Shown: positions 1-9,556 of the stretch, piece after piece
Layout: the number at the start of each line of letters is the position of its first letter
Numbering within the stretch: position 1 is the stretch's first letter
Assembly: GCA_008080835.1 (NCBI GenBank)
Contig: VMDK01000124.1
Location: forward strand, 1 to 55,675
DNA from: Sphingobacteriia bacterium
GTDB lineage: Bacteria; Bacteroidota; Bacteroidia; NS11-12g; UBA9320
DNA: 55,675 bases
Direction of reading: 5' to 3'
Notes under the pieces: generated by a model
Told to the model about the DNA's origin: nothing
Database searches by the model: none
What the model saw: only the letters and a program-made list of their open reading frames with translations
Program-made: the position numbers and the translations under genes

Positions 1-571
1 CCTGGCTGATCGCTTCATCGACGCGGATCTGAATTCCGTGATATGCCGACCACTTGCTGTGTGGATGTATCCCATCAGGACTGCTCGCATTGATGAGTGC
101 GATATTTCCGTTGATATCAACCCCTTCGAAGTCATTCCTTCCCTGCCCGTTGATGCCGAATCCGCAATCAACGAGTTTGCCCTTCACATGGGCGTGGTTG
201 GAACTGTATGACAATGGGTAATACTGAACATTGAGTTTGAGATCGTTCCCATCAATGATCAATTGGCAATCAGCGTCATTTGCGAGCCGTAGAGTGGTGA
301 TCTCAAAGATCTGCATGAAGCTTCCGTTATCACCTAATGGCGCAAGTCCGAGATCCGCGAATTCCGCGGCCAGATACTCGGCACTTTGTTGCTCTCCCTG
401 CGATCCTGTGGCACGACCTTCGAGGCGGTCGGATGCGAGATATTCAATGTGATAATGTAGGCGCTTGAACATTCGCTTTTCGCAAAATTTCAAACGCTGC
501 GCAGAAGCAGTATTTCCCGTGAGTAAGAATGCCGTAAGTACGAGTGTACTTCGTATCAGTTTGTAATGCAT
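1..571 (-). CDS. M28-family peptidase with PA domain, N-terminal part (runs off the window)
   Basis: Not in the ORF track; translated by hand: MHYKLIRSTLVLTAFLLTGNTASAQ (signal peptide)...HIEYLASDRLEGRATGSQGEQQSAEYLAAEF..LGLAP.GDNGSFMQ.F, then PA-like LVDCGFGI...DFEGVDINGNIALI. Confidence 0.85.
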   Translation of the reverse strand, partial: MHYKLIRSTLVLTAFLLTGNTASAQRLKFCEKRMFKRLHYHIEYLASDRLEGRATGSQGEQQSAEYLAAEFADLGLAPLGDNGSFMQIFEITTLRLANDADCQLIIDGNDLKLNVQYYPLSYSSNHAHVKGKLVDCGFGINGQGRNDFEGVDINGNIALINASSPDGIHPHSKWSAYHGIQIRVDEAISQ

Positions 572-593
572 TTTGTTGGTATCTGTTTGGTTT

Positions 594-1424
594 TCAGAGT
601 GTATCGAGCAAGAGTTCTACGCCATATCTCAACATCAATATCAGCAAAAGGATTGCAAATATAGTTTGGAGCCTGTGGTTTGCCATCCGATGAGCACTTC
701 GTACTCCAAAAGGGGCTCCTAAAGCAATCCCGGCGGCTACCGGAAGCACCGAGGTGAAACTCAAGTATCCGCTGGCAAGCCCGGAGTGAGGGAATTGCAC
801 CGGTTCTGCTATGGCGTACGAGACAAGGAATGGGATCAGCATCATGGGGATCACCCCAATGGAAATGGCGCTTGCCTCTTTAATCTCTCGATGTGCAAGT
901 AGCGTGAGCATAGGGATCATGGCCACTCCACCACCTAATCCGCTCAAGGCAGAAACTATGCCTGTGATCACCCCGATGAATATATGTAGCGACATCGATC
1001 GGTTCACCTCATGATGCTGCTTTTCTTTCCTGTTTTTGACGATGGATCTCCACAAAGTGAACCCCAATACGGAGATGAAAATAAGCTTGAACAAACTGTC
1101 GGAATACCACTCAAAGTGCGCAATGAGGTTCGACACCAGACTTCCACTGATCATCGCCGGTATTGCTATGCTGAGCATGGTCGAGAACTCAAAGAATCCC
1201 CTCTTTCTGTGCTGAATGGTGCTCAACATTCCACTGAACATGATGGCCAGGAACGAGTTCGCCAGGATCCATCGAACCAGTTCCTCGCCTTGTATCCCCA
1301 ATTTGCGGAAAACAAAGTCAAATACCGGAACAAATATGATCCCACCTCCTACCCCAAGCAAACCCGAAAGAAATCCGCCGAGTACTCCGAGAGCGAGTAA
1401 TATGAGTATGAATTCTAGTTCCAA
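594..1424 (-). CDS. TauE/SafE sulfite exporter family membrane protein
   Basis: Duplicated GxxSGLLGVGGG / SALSGLGGG motifs and about 8 hydrophobic segments. Confidence 0.88.
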   Translation of the reverse strand: MELEFILILLALGVLGGFLSGLLGVGGGIIFVPVFDFVFRKLGIQGEELVRWILANSFLAIMFSGMLSTIQHRKRGFFEFSTMLSIAIPAMISGSLVSNLIAHFEWYSDSLFKLIFISVLGFTLWRSIVKNRKEKQHHEVNRSMSLHIFIGVITGIVSALSGLGGGVAMIPMLTLLAHREIKEASAISIGVIPMMLIPFLVSYAIAEPVQFPHSGLASGYLSFTSVLPVAAGIALGAPFGVRSAHRMANHRLQTIFAILLLILMLRYGVELLLDTL

Positions 1425-3071
1425 TTAAAGTGATCCCCGGAGGATACTGTTGTAGCGCAATGGTGCATTGAACAACTCCAAAGCTCTGCTGATATCCGGA
1501 TCATCGTCGAAGCTGGATTCCACTAAAGCTGTTTCGAAATAATATCTGTAAGAGATCTCTGATTCCAGCAGTTCCCGTATCTCGGCCCTGTGGCGCTGAA
1601 GGTCATTGGTCTTGAATTCCTCGAATTGTGCATTGAGCGAATTCAACATATTCTCCAGATCTCCGTAATAGTCTTCTTCTTTTGCCTTTGTTTTAAGCTG
1701 TTCTATGGCTTTTTCCGTATCCGTCTGATATCCATAGTGTTTACCGTCTAAAAAGCTCTTAAATCGGCCTAAATCGTCATTATTGAGCTCAAATTCCTTG
1801 GTTTGGGGTATTGAATCGGTTGAATTTCGATAGTTCGTGGCAAAGTCGAATATCAGATCATTACGCAGGAGACTTTGCGAGATCTTGCTCAAATCCGGCT
1901 TTTCAACCAAAATGTCGGGCGTAATTCCCTCACCATCCAATACCGGGCGTTTGTTGCGTGTGAAGTAGGTATGTTTCAGGGAGTCGGCAACAACTGTGGC
2001 CTTGCCATCTTTCTTTTGTGAGTAGTCGAGCTTCTGAATGCATCGACCGGATGGTATGTAGTACTTCGCCGTGGTGAGTTTCATTTGCGTATTGTACGTC
2101 AGCGTGCGCGTAGCCTGAACCAAGCCTTTACCAAAACTCTTTCTTCCGATCACTACTCCTCGATCGAGGTCCTGAATGGTTCCACTCACGATCTCAGACG
2201 CAGAAGCGGATTGTCCGTCAACCAGCACCACCAGCGGCATCTCCGTATCCACAGGGGTGTTCAGGGTTTGATAGCTACGATTGTCCTCCTTATCGCGACC
2301 TTTCGTCTCCACAACCAATTCTCCACGATCTACGAATACATTCACAATGTTCACAGCCTCATGGAGAAGTCCACCACCATTTCCTCGAAGATCCAGGATA
2401 ACCCGTGCGATCCCTTGCTCTCTGAGATCCACAAAGGCATCCTTTACTTCTTTACCTGCATTTGGCGTAAAGCCCGTGAGCTTGATATACCCCGTTTCAT
2501 CGTCAATTTTACCGTAATACGGGACATTTTTCACCTTGATCTGAGCACGCTCAATTTCGAAATTCATTTCACCCCGACCCGGACGATCGACCTTGATGGT
2601 AACTGCGGTTCCGGCTGTTCCTTTTAGCAATTCCGTGAGGTCTTTACTCTCCTTTCCTGCCACTGATTGTCCATCTACAGCCAACACCACGTCTCCGGGA
2701 CGGATATCTGCCAGCTGTGCCGGAAAGCCTTCAAAGGTCCGATTGATCACTATTTGACCATCCTTACTGAAAACATTGGCACCGATCCCCCCATAGGAAC
2801 CGGTCACCTGAAATCGATAATCCTCGGCCTGTGCTTCACTGTAGAAATTCGTATATGGGTCCAGTGAAAACAGCATAGCATCGATAGCTTCCTTGATCAA
2901 CTGACCCGGCTTTACTTGATCAACATAGCTGACATTCACCTCCTTATATACGGCAGCGAAAATGTCGAGGTTCTTAGATATCTCGAAGTAATCTTCGGAT
3001 GCCTTATAGGCTGAAAACAGCATTGTCACACTGACAGCGAGTGCAATTGATATTCTCTTTTTACTCTTCAT
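1425..3071 (-). CDS. S41 family carboxyl-terminal processing protease (PDZ plus protease)
   Basis: LDPYT, GIG PDZ motif, LDLRGNGGGLL, SASASEIV (catalytic Ser), FGKGLVQ (catalytic Lys), KLTTAKYYIPSGR, GITPD. Confidence 0.95.
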   Translation of the reverse strand: MKSKKRISIALAVSVTMLFSAYKASEDYFEISKNLDIFAAVYKEVNVSYVDQVKPGQLIKEAIDAMLFSLDPYTNFYSEAQAEDYRFQVTGSYGGIGANVFSKDGQIVINRTFEGFPAQLADIRPGDVVLAVDGQSVAGKESKDLTELLKGTAGTAVTIKVDRPGRGEMNFEIERAQIKVKNVPYYGKIDDETGYIKLTGFTPNAGKEVKDAFVDLREQGIARVILDLRGNGGGLLHEAVNIVNVFVDRGELVVETKGRDKEDNRSYQTLNTPVDTEMPLVVLVDGQSASASEIVSGTIQDLDRGVVIGRKSFGKGLVQATRTLTYNTQMKLTTAKYYIPSGRCIQKLDYSQKKDGKATVVADSLKHTYFTRNKRPVLDGEGITPDILVEKPDLSKISQSLLRNDLIFDFATNYRNSTDSIPQTKEFELNNDDLGRFKSFLDGKHYGYQTDTEKAIEQLKTKAKEEDYYGDLENMLNSLNAQFEEFKTNDLQRHRAEIRELLESEISYRYYFETALVESSFDDDPDISRALELFNAPLRYNSILRGSL

Positions 3072-3138
3072 AAAAGGTCAAATTGAGTACTCTTCATCTA
3101 CCGGATCAAACAGCGGAGACCATCCTTTCACGGTCGCA

Positions 3139-3146
3139 CAAAATTA
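3139..3146 (-). promoter_or_regulatory. Bacteroidota sigma-A -7 element (TAATTTTG) for the S41 protease operon
   Basis: Matches TAnnTTTG about 70 nt upstream of the ATG at 3071. Confidence 0.65.
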
Positions 3147-3394
3147 ACGAAGCTGTAAGGACATTCTTGTGTAGATCTCACTCAATCCGGTGAGCATGAA
3201 TCGAAATCGGATGGAATGATCCCATTTTTGCTATCCGATAAAATCTCGCAAGGCACTAGAAATTTGCAACCAGTTGATTATGTGAAAGTTATGATTTTTA
3301 AGGCAATTTTTATAGACCTCAGATTTGTGCTCGATCAAATATCAGTCAAATATTAGACGTATTTAATATCGATATCGCACTTACGTATCGTGAA

Positions 3395-3507
3395 CTCTAT
3401 TATAATAGGGTGCCTCTATTATAGAGACTTGGTGTTCTTTTTTCGCTATACGATAGTATTTTGCTATAATATATAGCGTCTATAGCTTTCGCAATAGCCA
3501 TGCTATT
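3395..3507. repeat. Cluster of short inverted and direct repeats built from CTAT/ATAG half-sites
   Basis: CTCTATTATA twice (3395, 3414); palindrome CTATTATAATAG; CTCTAT-T-ATAGAG; GCTATA at 3445 and 3463; TATAGC at 3472 and 3481; AATAGC-CAT-GCTATT at 3493-3507. Confidence 0.7.
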
Positions 3508-3513
3508 TGTCGA

Positions 3514-3753
3514 TCACGGAACAGGATCATGGCCATGACCTCCCCAGGGGTGACATCGACTGATCCTTTTGAGCGTAAGCCAAAATCCTTTGATCGGACC
3601 ATGCTTGGCGATCGCTTCGAGTCCATATTGAGAACAGGTCGGTTGAAATCTGCAGGAATTCGGCAATAACGGGGAGAGGATCCATTGATACAGTTTGACC
3701 AACAGCATCATCAGAAATGCGACGAACTTAGATATGGCGCTTAATATCTTCAA
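3514..3753 (-). CDS. yidD: Membrane protein insertion efficiency factor YidD
   Basis: [22 protein letters not shown]...HGPIKG..L...[17 protein letters not shown] signature, directly after rnpA. Start uncertain; TTG at 3753 chosen. Confidence 0.93.
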   Translation of the reverse strand: MKILSAISKFVAFLMMLLVKLYQWILSPLLPNSCRFQPTCSQYGLEAIAKHGPIKGFWLTLKRISRCHPWGGHGHDPVP

Positions 3754-4099
3754 AGATCTTTCTGGTACTTTTTCGGATCTCGGCAATTGAGCGTATTTCC
3801 TTGCCTATATATACAAAAGCCAACTCGAGCCCAACTTGTTCATCGAGATTGGAACCGGGAACTTCAAGTCTCACCGCTTCACGCATCAATCGCTTCAAAC
3901 GATTTCGATCTACAGCCCGCTTAAAAGACTTCTTGGACGCACTGAATAAGAAGCACGGCAAGTCCTGCGCGGACGTTTGACGGTAAAATACGAGTAAAGG
4001 ATATGTGGACGATCGCCCGGAAGGATGGGCAAACAGCTCTTTGATCTTCGAACGCTTTCGAAGTATCCTGGTTTTCGGGAAAGTGAATTGATCAGACAT
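3728..4099 (-). CDS. rnpA: Ribonuclease P protein component
   Basis: TFPK...LRKR..I..LF and [25 protein letters not shown] (RNR motif); lies between rpmH and yidD. Start reset to ATG at 4099. Confidence 0.93.
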   Translation of the reverse strand: MSDQFTFPKTRILRKRSKIKELFAHPSGRSSTYPLLVFYRQTSAQDLPCFLFSASKKSFKRAVDRNRLKRLMREAVRLEVPGSNLDEQVGLELAFVYIGKEIRSIAEIRKSTRKIFEDIKRHI

Positions 4100-4121
4100 G
4101 CCGGGATCACCGGCCCCGATA

Positions 4122-4280
4122 TTAGTGCTTATGTCGAGGCTCGCTGGAAACACTCAGCTTTTTACGTCCTTTTGCTCTTCGAGCATTAAGGACTTTACGG
4201 CCATTCTTAGTGCTCATGCGCTCGCGGAAACCATGCTTGTTTTTCCTCTTTCTGTTCGACGGCTGAAAAGTTCTTTTCAT
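4122..4280 (-). CDS. rpmH: 50S ribosomal protein L34
   Basis: Below the ORF-track cutoff; reads [52 protein letters not shown]. Confidence 0.98.
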   Translation of the reverse strand: MKRTFQPSNRKRKNKHGFRERMSTKNGRKVLNARRAKGRKKLSVSSEPRHKH

Positions 4281-4324
4281 CGCTGTTCTGTTTTATTCTG
4301 TCTGGCCTTTGCAAAAAAGGATTG

Positions 4325-4332
4325 CAAAAGTA
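4325..4332 (-). promoter_or_regulatory. Sigma-A -7 element (TACTTTTG) for rpmH-rnpA-yidD
   Basis: Exact TAnnTTTG match about 45 nt upstream of the rpmH start. Confidence 0.75.
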
Positions 4333-4498
4333 GCCCTTTTAATCAATAATGAAAAGACTAAATCTGTTTTTGCGAAAGAAATATTCACGTGGGACTTCGA
4401 TCACAGTCAGAACACTTCATAATCACTTACTTTAAGCGCTGTTATGAGTCGTAACAGCTTAACTTCTAGAAGGGTATCTGCTATATTCGCATAGAGTA

Positions 4499-5428
4499 AT
4501 GAAAGCATTCGCACAAACGGACAGCACAAATGTGGCTACTGATAGTTCAGCGATCCACAGTCTTTCCTTTCAGGATGTTCTCGATTACCAGCTCACCAAC
4601 AGCCCGAACATCAAGATCGTCAACGTTCTGGTGGCCTTCGCTGTCATCTTCGTCACCTACCTGGTGCTCCGATGGCTTCGACGCATCATCAGGCGATTCC
4701 GCAAGATCAATAAACTCAGTGTAGGCCAGGAAATGGCCTATTATCAACTGAGTCGATACGTGATCGTGATCGTCGCATTCATCATCATTCTGGAGTCCTT
4801 GAATGTGGAGATCAAAGCACTGCTCGTAGGTTCCGCCGCACTCTTGGTTGGAATTGGTCTGGGTTTACAGCAACTGTTCTACGATATCGTAAGTGGGTTT
4901 TTCCTACTTATGGAAAACACTATACGCGTGAATGATATCATCGAAGTTGATGGTATGGTCAGTCGAGTGAGAGAGATCGGCATCCGTACGTCCAAAGTCG
5001 AAAATCGCGACGGGATACTGGTGATCATTCCCAATTCGAAGATCGTGAGCAACACGGTGATCAACTGGAGCACCAATGGGACGACCACTCGATTCAGTGT
5101 GACTGTTGGGGTTCATTACGACTCCGATCTGCAACAAGTGAAAAAGGCTGTTCTGGAATGTGCGAAAAGACACTCCGAAGTGGTCAATTCACCAAGACCC
5201 ATTTGCAGATTCATCGAATTCTCAGAATCCGCATTGACCATGGAGCTTTTGTTCTGGTCAAAGAACAGATTCCGTATCGAAGAGGTCAAAAGTGACCTGC
5301 GGTACATGATCTACAGTGAGTTCACTAAAAATGGTATCAAGATCCCATATCCTCAAAGGGATCTTCATTTGCGAAGCAGTTCGCTTGATGGACCTCCACC
5401 CACGGACCCCATCGATTTCCAGATGTAA
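4499..5428 (+). CDS. Small-conductance mechanosensitive channel (MscS family)
   Basis: GSAALLVGIGLGLQQLFYDIVSG TM3 motif, V..IGIRTS, IIPNS...VINWS, C-terminal GIKIPYPQRDLHL. Confidence 0.93.
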   Translation: MKAFAQTDSTNVATDSSAIHSLSFQDVLDYQLTNSPNIKIVNVLVAFAVIFVTYLVLRWLRRIIRRFRKINKLSVGQEMAYYQLSRYVIVIVAFIIILESLNVEIKALLVGSAALLVGIGLGLQQLFYDIVSGFFLLMENTIRVNDIIEVDGMVSRVREIGIRTSKVENRDGILVIIPNSKIVSNTVINWSTNGTTTRFSVTVGVHYDSDLQQVKKAVLECAKRHSEVVNSPRPICRFIEFSESALTMELLFWSKNRFRIEEVKSDLRYMIYSEFTKNGIKIPYPQRDLHLRSSSLDGPPPTDPIDFQM

Positions 5429-5432
5429 GAGC

Positions 5433-6632
5433 TTATTTGATCCCGAGGGACTTGCGCATGCCTTTCGAAAGTGCATCCTTGTGCACCATGACATTCATAG
5501 TCTTGTAAGCCACATAAGGCTCTGAAGCGTAGAAATATCCATCGCAATCATTCTCTGTTCCCCAAGAATTCTTTACTCGATAATACTTCGTGCCATTCTG
5601 ATCCTTTACGATGCCCACGATGTGCATCCCATGATCATCAGTTGTTTTGAAATTGTCAAATGCATCCTGACGCATCTCCTGATCGATCTTTTTCTCTTCT
5701 CCCGGTTCATCGAACTGAGTTCCGGAACGTTCTGCACCGGCATTATTGAAGTGCTTTGAATCCTTTCCTTTCACCTTGAGGTTATCTTCATCCTCAGGCA
5801 CTATGGCCAATCCATTGCGAAATGAGAATCCTTTTTCGCTGACATCAGCCGCCCACGCTACGCTGTATCCGTTCATGATGGCATTATCGATAGAAGACAT
5901 CATCTCATTCAACGGCACATTATATACCTCTCCCATCATCCAGTTATCAGGTACTTCAAAAATGAAAGTGCTGTGGAATGGATGGTGCGAAAAGCTGGTG
6001 ATCGTGACGTAGTCATCCATCTTCAATCCTAAGTGTTGAGAGAACGACATTGGATCGTATTCGGCTCCTTGGTACTCGAATTTCTCAGGCACCGTACCCA
6101 AATATGCGTCCAGGACTGAACTCACAGCTGCTTTCCAGGAAGTAGTCAGCTTACCTTGACGGCTCTTCAGGATCGCGTCGCACATAGCTTTAAGCACGGA
6201 CTCCAATTCGCTGTGATTGTGCTTCTCCTCTCCATAATTCAAGCCCTTATATGCCTCCTTTGGAAGAATTCCGTATTTCTTGATCACGTACGGGATATCG
6301 TGAAACGCTCCGCCTTGTCCGAAGTTGATCGATCCATGGAAACGAATGTACTTCTCGACTTTGTCCTCATAGGCTTTGCGTACAATGTACATTTCACTCA
6401 ACTCATGCTTCCCTTTTCCCTGACGGATCAGCTCAGACTCGATGAATGACAATGCACTGAAGCTCCAACAGGTTCCGGTGCGATACTGGTCTTCAACCTG
6501 AGTTACATCAAGATCCTTGACGACCTCGAAAAAGTACTTGCCCCCTTCTTTGTTTCGCAAGGTGTCTTGCGCATGGAGTTGGAGACTGAAAAGACTGACA
6601 AGCAGAAAGAGAGATACAATGAGTTGTTTCAT
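5433..6632 (-). CDS. Secreted C1-family cysteine aminopeptidase (PepC/bleomycin hydrolase-like)
   Basis: Signal peptide; DQYRTGTCWSFS (catalytic Cys), DDHGMHIVG (His), VKNSWG (Asn). Confidence 0.92.
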   Translation of the reverse strand: MKQLIVSLFLLVSLFSLQLHAQDTLRNKEGGKYFFEVVKDLDVTQVEDQYRTGTCWSFSALSFIESELIRQGKGKHELSEMYIVRKAYEDKVEKYIRFHGSINFGQGGAFHDIPYVIKKYGILPKEAYKGLNYGEEKHNHSELESVLKAMCDAILKSRQGKLTTSWKAAVSSVLDAYLGTVPEKFEYQGAEYDPMSFSQHLGLKMDDYVTITSFSHHPFHSTFIFEVPDNWMMGEVYNVPLNEMMSSIDNAIMNGYSVAWAADVSEKGFSFRNGLAIVPEDEDNLKVKGKDSKHFNNAGAERSGTQFDEPGEEKKIDQEMRQDAFDNFKTTDDHGMHIVGIVKDQNGTKYYRVKNSWGTENDCDGYFYASEPYVAYKTMNVMVHKDALSKGMRKSLGIK

Positions 6633-6724
6633 GATTTTCCTTTAAAGTGTTGCGAAAATAAAATGTACCGACCTATCAAGACCAAACACAAGACGAAGAA
6701 GAATAGCTTTTCCTCGTCGAACGG

Positions 6725-8239
6725 CTAAAAATGGAAGTAAATGAACGGTTGTATGTCTGCCGACTGAGCCTGATAAGCAATGAAGATCACAACCGCGAAA
6801 ATGGCAGCCTTGGCAACATCAGGGACCCGAGAATACCATCCTGCGGCACTGTCTTTCCAGTTTCTGGGTAAATAATGCCCAAAGAAGCCGATGAACATCA
6901 CAAAGAAGATCCATTTGTACTCGACGATGACCTCCCAAACGCCATGACCTCGGAAATTCGTGAAGATCTGACCGAGCATGTGATTTACCGCCAACATATC
7001 CTTTGCCCTGAAGTATATCCAGCAAAAGGCAACAAAATGAAACGTGATCACTCCCATCAGGTACTTGTAACATTTGGACCCGCTCTCTGCCCAAGGCACA
7101 TATTGCATCCAGATCTTGTGTATGGCAAGTGCCAATCCGTGAAGTCCGCCCCAAACGATGAATCGTGTAGCCGCGCCGTGCCAAAGACCGCCGAGCAACA
7201 TAGTCAGCATCAGATTCACGTATGTACGTATCTTACCCTTTCGATTACCGCCTAGGCTGATATACAGATAGTCGCGAAGCCAGGACGAGAGAGAAATATG
7301 CCACCTCCTCCAGAAGTCGGTGATGGAAGTAGCTTTATACGGGGAGTTGAAGTTGAGAGGCAACGTGAATCCAAGTAGAGCTGCCAATCCAATGGCCATA
7401 TCTGAGTATCCGGAGAAGTCACAATATATCTGGATACTATATCCATAAACAGCCATCAGGTTGCTGAATCCATTGTACAGCATAGGGTTGTCGAATACCC
7501 TGTCCACAAAGTTGATGCTGATATAATCGCTCACCACCATCTTCTTGAACATCCCACTCATGATCAGGAAAACAGCCGCTCCGAATTGCTCCTTCGTGAG
7601 ATGATATTTCTTGTATATCTGCGGGAGAAAATCAGAGGCACGAACGATAGGTCCGGCGACCAACTGCGGGAAGAAGGTCACGAAAAATCCGAAATCCACA
7701 ATGCTCCTCGCAGGTTTCAAGTTCCCTCTGTAAATGTCAATGCTGTAGCTGAGTGTCTGGAAGGTGTAAAATGAAATACCTACCGGAAGGAAGATCTCGA
7801 ATATATCGTGATGCGTCCCAAAGCTCATATTGCTAAACGCCGCGAGAAAGTTGATGGCTTTGAGTTCCGTCCCCAACCATCCATTGATCAAACCGACGAA
7901 GTAGTAGGAATACTTGAAAAAGAAGAGCATTCCGAGATTCGACACAAGGCTTATGATCAGGAAGAGGTTCTTCCTGCTTTTGGCTACAGCCTTGAATATG
8001 GCATTTCCGCACCAGTAATCGACGAATGTGCTGAATACGAGTATCCAAAAGTACAAGCCTCCTGACTTGTAATAGAAGAACAAGCTGAATGCCAGCAAGT
8101 ATATGTTCCTTACCCGCAGGTTCTTATGGAGCAATGTAAATACACCAAAACCAATGGTGAAGAGGAAGAGAAAGAGATACTGACTGAATATCAGGGGGGT
8201 GTTCTCCGAATAGATGAATATTTCTCTCCAGCTCAGCAA
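6725..8239 (-). CDS. MBOAT family O-acyltransferase (AlgI/DltB/PatA-like)
   Basis: LPVGISFYTFQTLSY, FFPQLVAGPI, QIYCDFSGYSD, NFNSPY, FWRRWHISLSSWLRDYLYI, GLWHGA (catalytic His). Confidence 0.95.
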   Translation of the reverse strand: MLSWREIFIYSENTPLIFSQYLFLFLFTIGFGVFTLLHKNLRVRNIYLLAFSLFFYYKSGGLYFWILVFSTFVDYWCGNAIFKAVAKSRKNLFLIISLVSNLGMLFFFKYSYYFVGLINGWLGTELKAINFLAAFSNMSFGTHHDIFEIFLPVGISFYTFQTLSYSIDIYRGNLKPARSIVDFGFFVTFFPQLVAGPIVRASDFLPQIYKKYHLTKEQFGAAVFLIMSGMFKKMVVSDYISINFVDRVFDNPMLYNGFSNLMAVYGYSIQIYCDFSGYSDMAIGLAALLGFTLPLNFNSPYKATSITDFWRRWHISLSSWLRDYLYISLGGNRKGKIRTYVNLMLTMLLGGLWHGAATRFIVWGGLHGLALAIHKIWMQYVPWAESGSKCYKYLMGVITFHFVAFCWIYFRAKDMLAVNHMLGQIFTNFRGHGVWEVIVEYKWIFFVMFIGFFGHYLPRNWKDSAAGWYSRVPDVAKAAIFAVVIFIAYQAQSADIQPFIYFHF

Positions 8240-8281
8240 AGCAAGTTCAATTGGTTGGTTCTTACGGTCGGTTCAAATATG

Positions 8282-9556
8282 CTACTGATCCTCGGTTTGT
8301 GTGACTTCTTTTTCCGGTTTGGCAGGTTCGATTCTGGCAAAGTCGGCTTTCATCAATGCGTCATATAGCAATTTGCCCTGAAGGACATATCCATCCTCTG
8401 TGTAATGCACGAGATCATAACGGGCTAATCCGTTTCTCACCCAATCTTTAATGGCGTAGCTACCACCCATTATGCTATTGAAGTCCCATATTCCGGTTTC
8501 GTGTTTTTCCGACAGCTCTCCGATCACTCGAACAACCTGCCGCTGATTGATATCGTGATATCGCCTGCGACGGTAATAGTCTCCTGGCGTGGTCAGCAAG
8601 ATGGACGCCTCAGGATTACGCTCCCGGATCTTTGTCAGAAAGTAACTGTAGTTATCCTTGAAACACCCATCGCAGAAACGTCTGCTCGACATGTAACCAT
8701 CGTTGGTCCCAAGCGAAATGATGATCAGGTCCGCATTCAGATGCTGAAGCTGCTCGTCAAAGAATTGATTGCGCAAGTAAGACTGAACATGTGCTCCGTT
8801 CAAACCGATCGAATGGTAGATCACGCCCCGATCGTCGTTCTCGAAACTAAGACCAAAGAGTTGTACAAAATCGTATGTATCTCTTTTTTCAAAGGCCAAC
8901 CACATACTGTCCTGATCACTGGTAAAATGAGCACTACTTATGGAATTCGATTCTTTGAGAATGTCGACCTCCAACTCTGAACTGTCTCCGTTCAAGAATC
9001 GAAATCTCGGAGCATTTGGGTTGCCGAAATGAAAGATATCGAGCCGACTGAAATCATAATTCATTGCTCGATACCGATCCGGATCGATCTTAAGCGAAGC
9101 CGTCGAATCGTATGTGCTGGTTGATGCGCCGCAGATCCCAAAGTTGCATTGGGTGCGGTAGCTGGTGCTCACACATCCATCCCAATCACCTGTTGCACTG
9201 ATCTTGATGTTCTCCGGATTGTTGGATCGGAGTAGTCGGTATGGGAATACAAAACCGCGACCTCCATTCCCGTATGTCTTTTGCAAAAGCTGTCGCGTAG
9301 TATGAGTGAGATAATCGGCCTGAATATGGCTATCACCTATATGTACGATCCGCAGTTTATCTCGTTTGCCTGAAACGAGCTCATCGATGGCTTTGAAGTA
9401 TTTGTTGAGTGCAGCGGCATTTCCGATCACATTCTTGTCGTAATGCACGCAGGGATAATCTTCCGTGAGCACAAAACCATCCTCCCCTTTTTTGGATGAC
9501 ATCAATGCCACTAAAGGCAGGAACAGAAAAAAGAAGATCGCTTTTCGCCGGATCAA
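8282..9556 (-). CDS. SGNH/GDSL family protein, probable O-acetyltransferase partner of the MBOAT (PatB/AlgX-like)
   Basis: N-terminal hydrophobic anchor; GDSH, GLNGA, GTND and DLVH blocks; adjacent to the MBOAT gene. Start reset to TTG at 9556, overlapping the manC stop. Confidence 0.82.
   Translation of the reverse strand: MIRRKAIFFFLFLPLVALMSSKKGEDGFVLTEDYPCVHYDKNVIGNAAALNKYFKAIDELVSGKRDKLRIVHIGDSHIQADYLTHTTRQLLQKTYGNGGRGFVFPYRLLRSNNPENIKISATGDWDGCVSTSYRTQCNFGICGASTSTYDSTASLKIDPDRYRAMNYDFSRLDIFHFGNPNAPRFRFLNGDSSELEVDILKESNSISSAHFTSDQDSMWLAFEKRDTYDFVQLFGLSFENDDRGVIYHSIGLNGAHVQSYLRNQFFDEQLQHLNADLIIISLGTNDGYMSSRRFCDGCFKDNYSYFLTKIRERNPEASILLTTPGDYYRRRRYHDINQRQVVRVIGELSEKHETGIWDFNSIMGGSYAIKDWVRNGLARYDLVHYTEDGYVLQGKLLYDALMKADFARIEPAKPEKEVTQTEDQ

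Noticed and set aside
3261-3288. dif-like site AATTTGCAACC-AGTTGA-TTATGTGAAAG
   Set aside because: The right arm resembles XerD TTATGTTAAAT (9 of 11), but the left arm lacks the conserved inner ATAA of XerC sites; the overlapping IHF-like motif explains it better.
4438-4494. Inverted repeat GCTGTTA/TAACAGC and a 16-codon ORF upstream of mscS
   Set aside because: The ORF is out of frame with mscS and has no clear features; a single short hairpin is not enough to call a regulator or frameshift.
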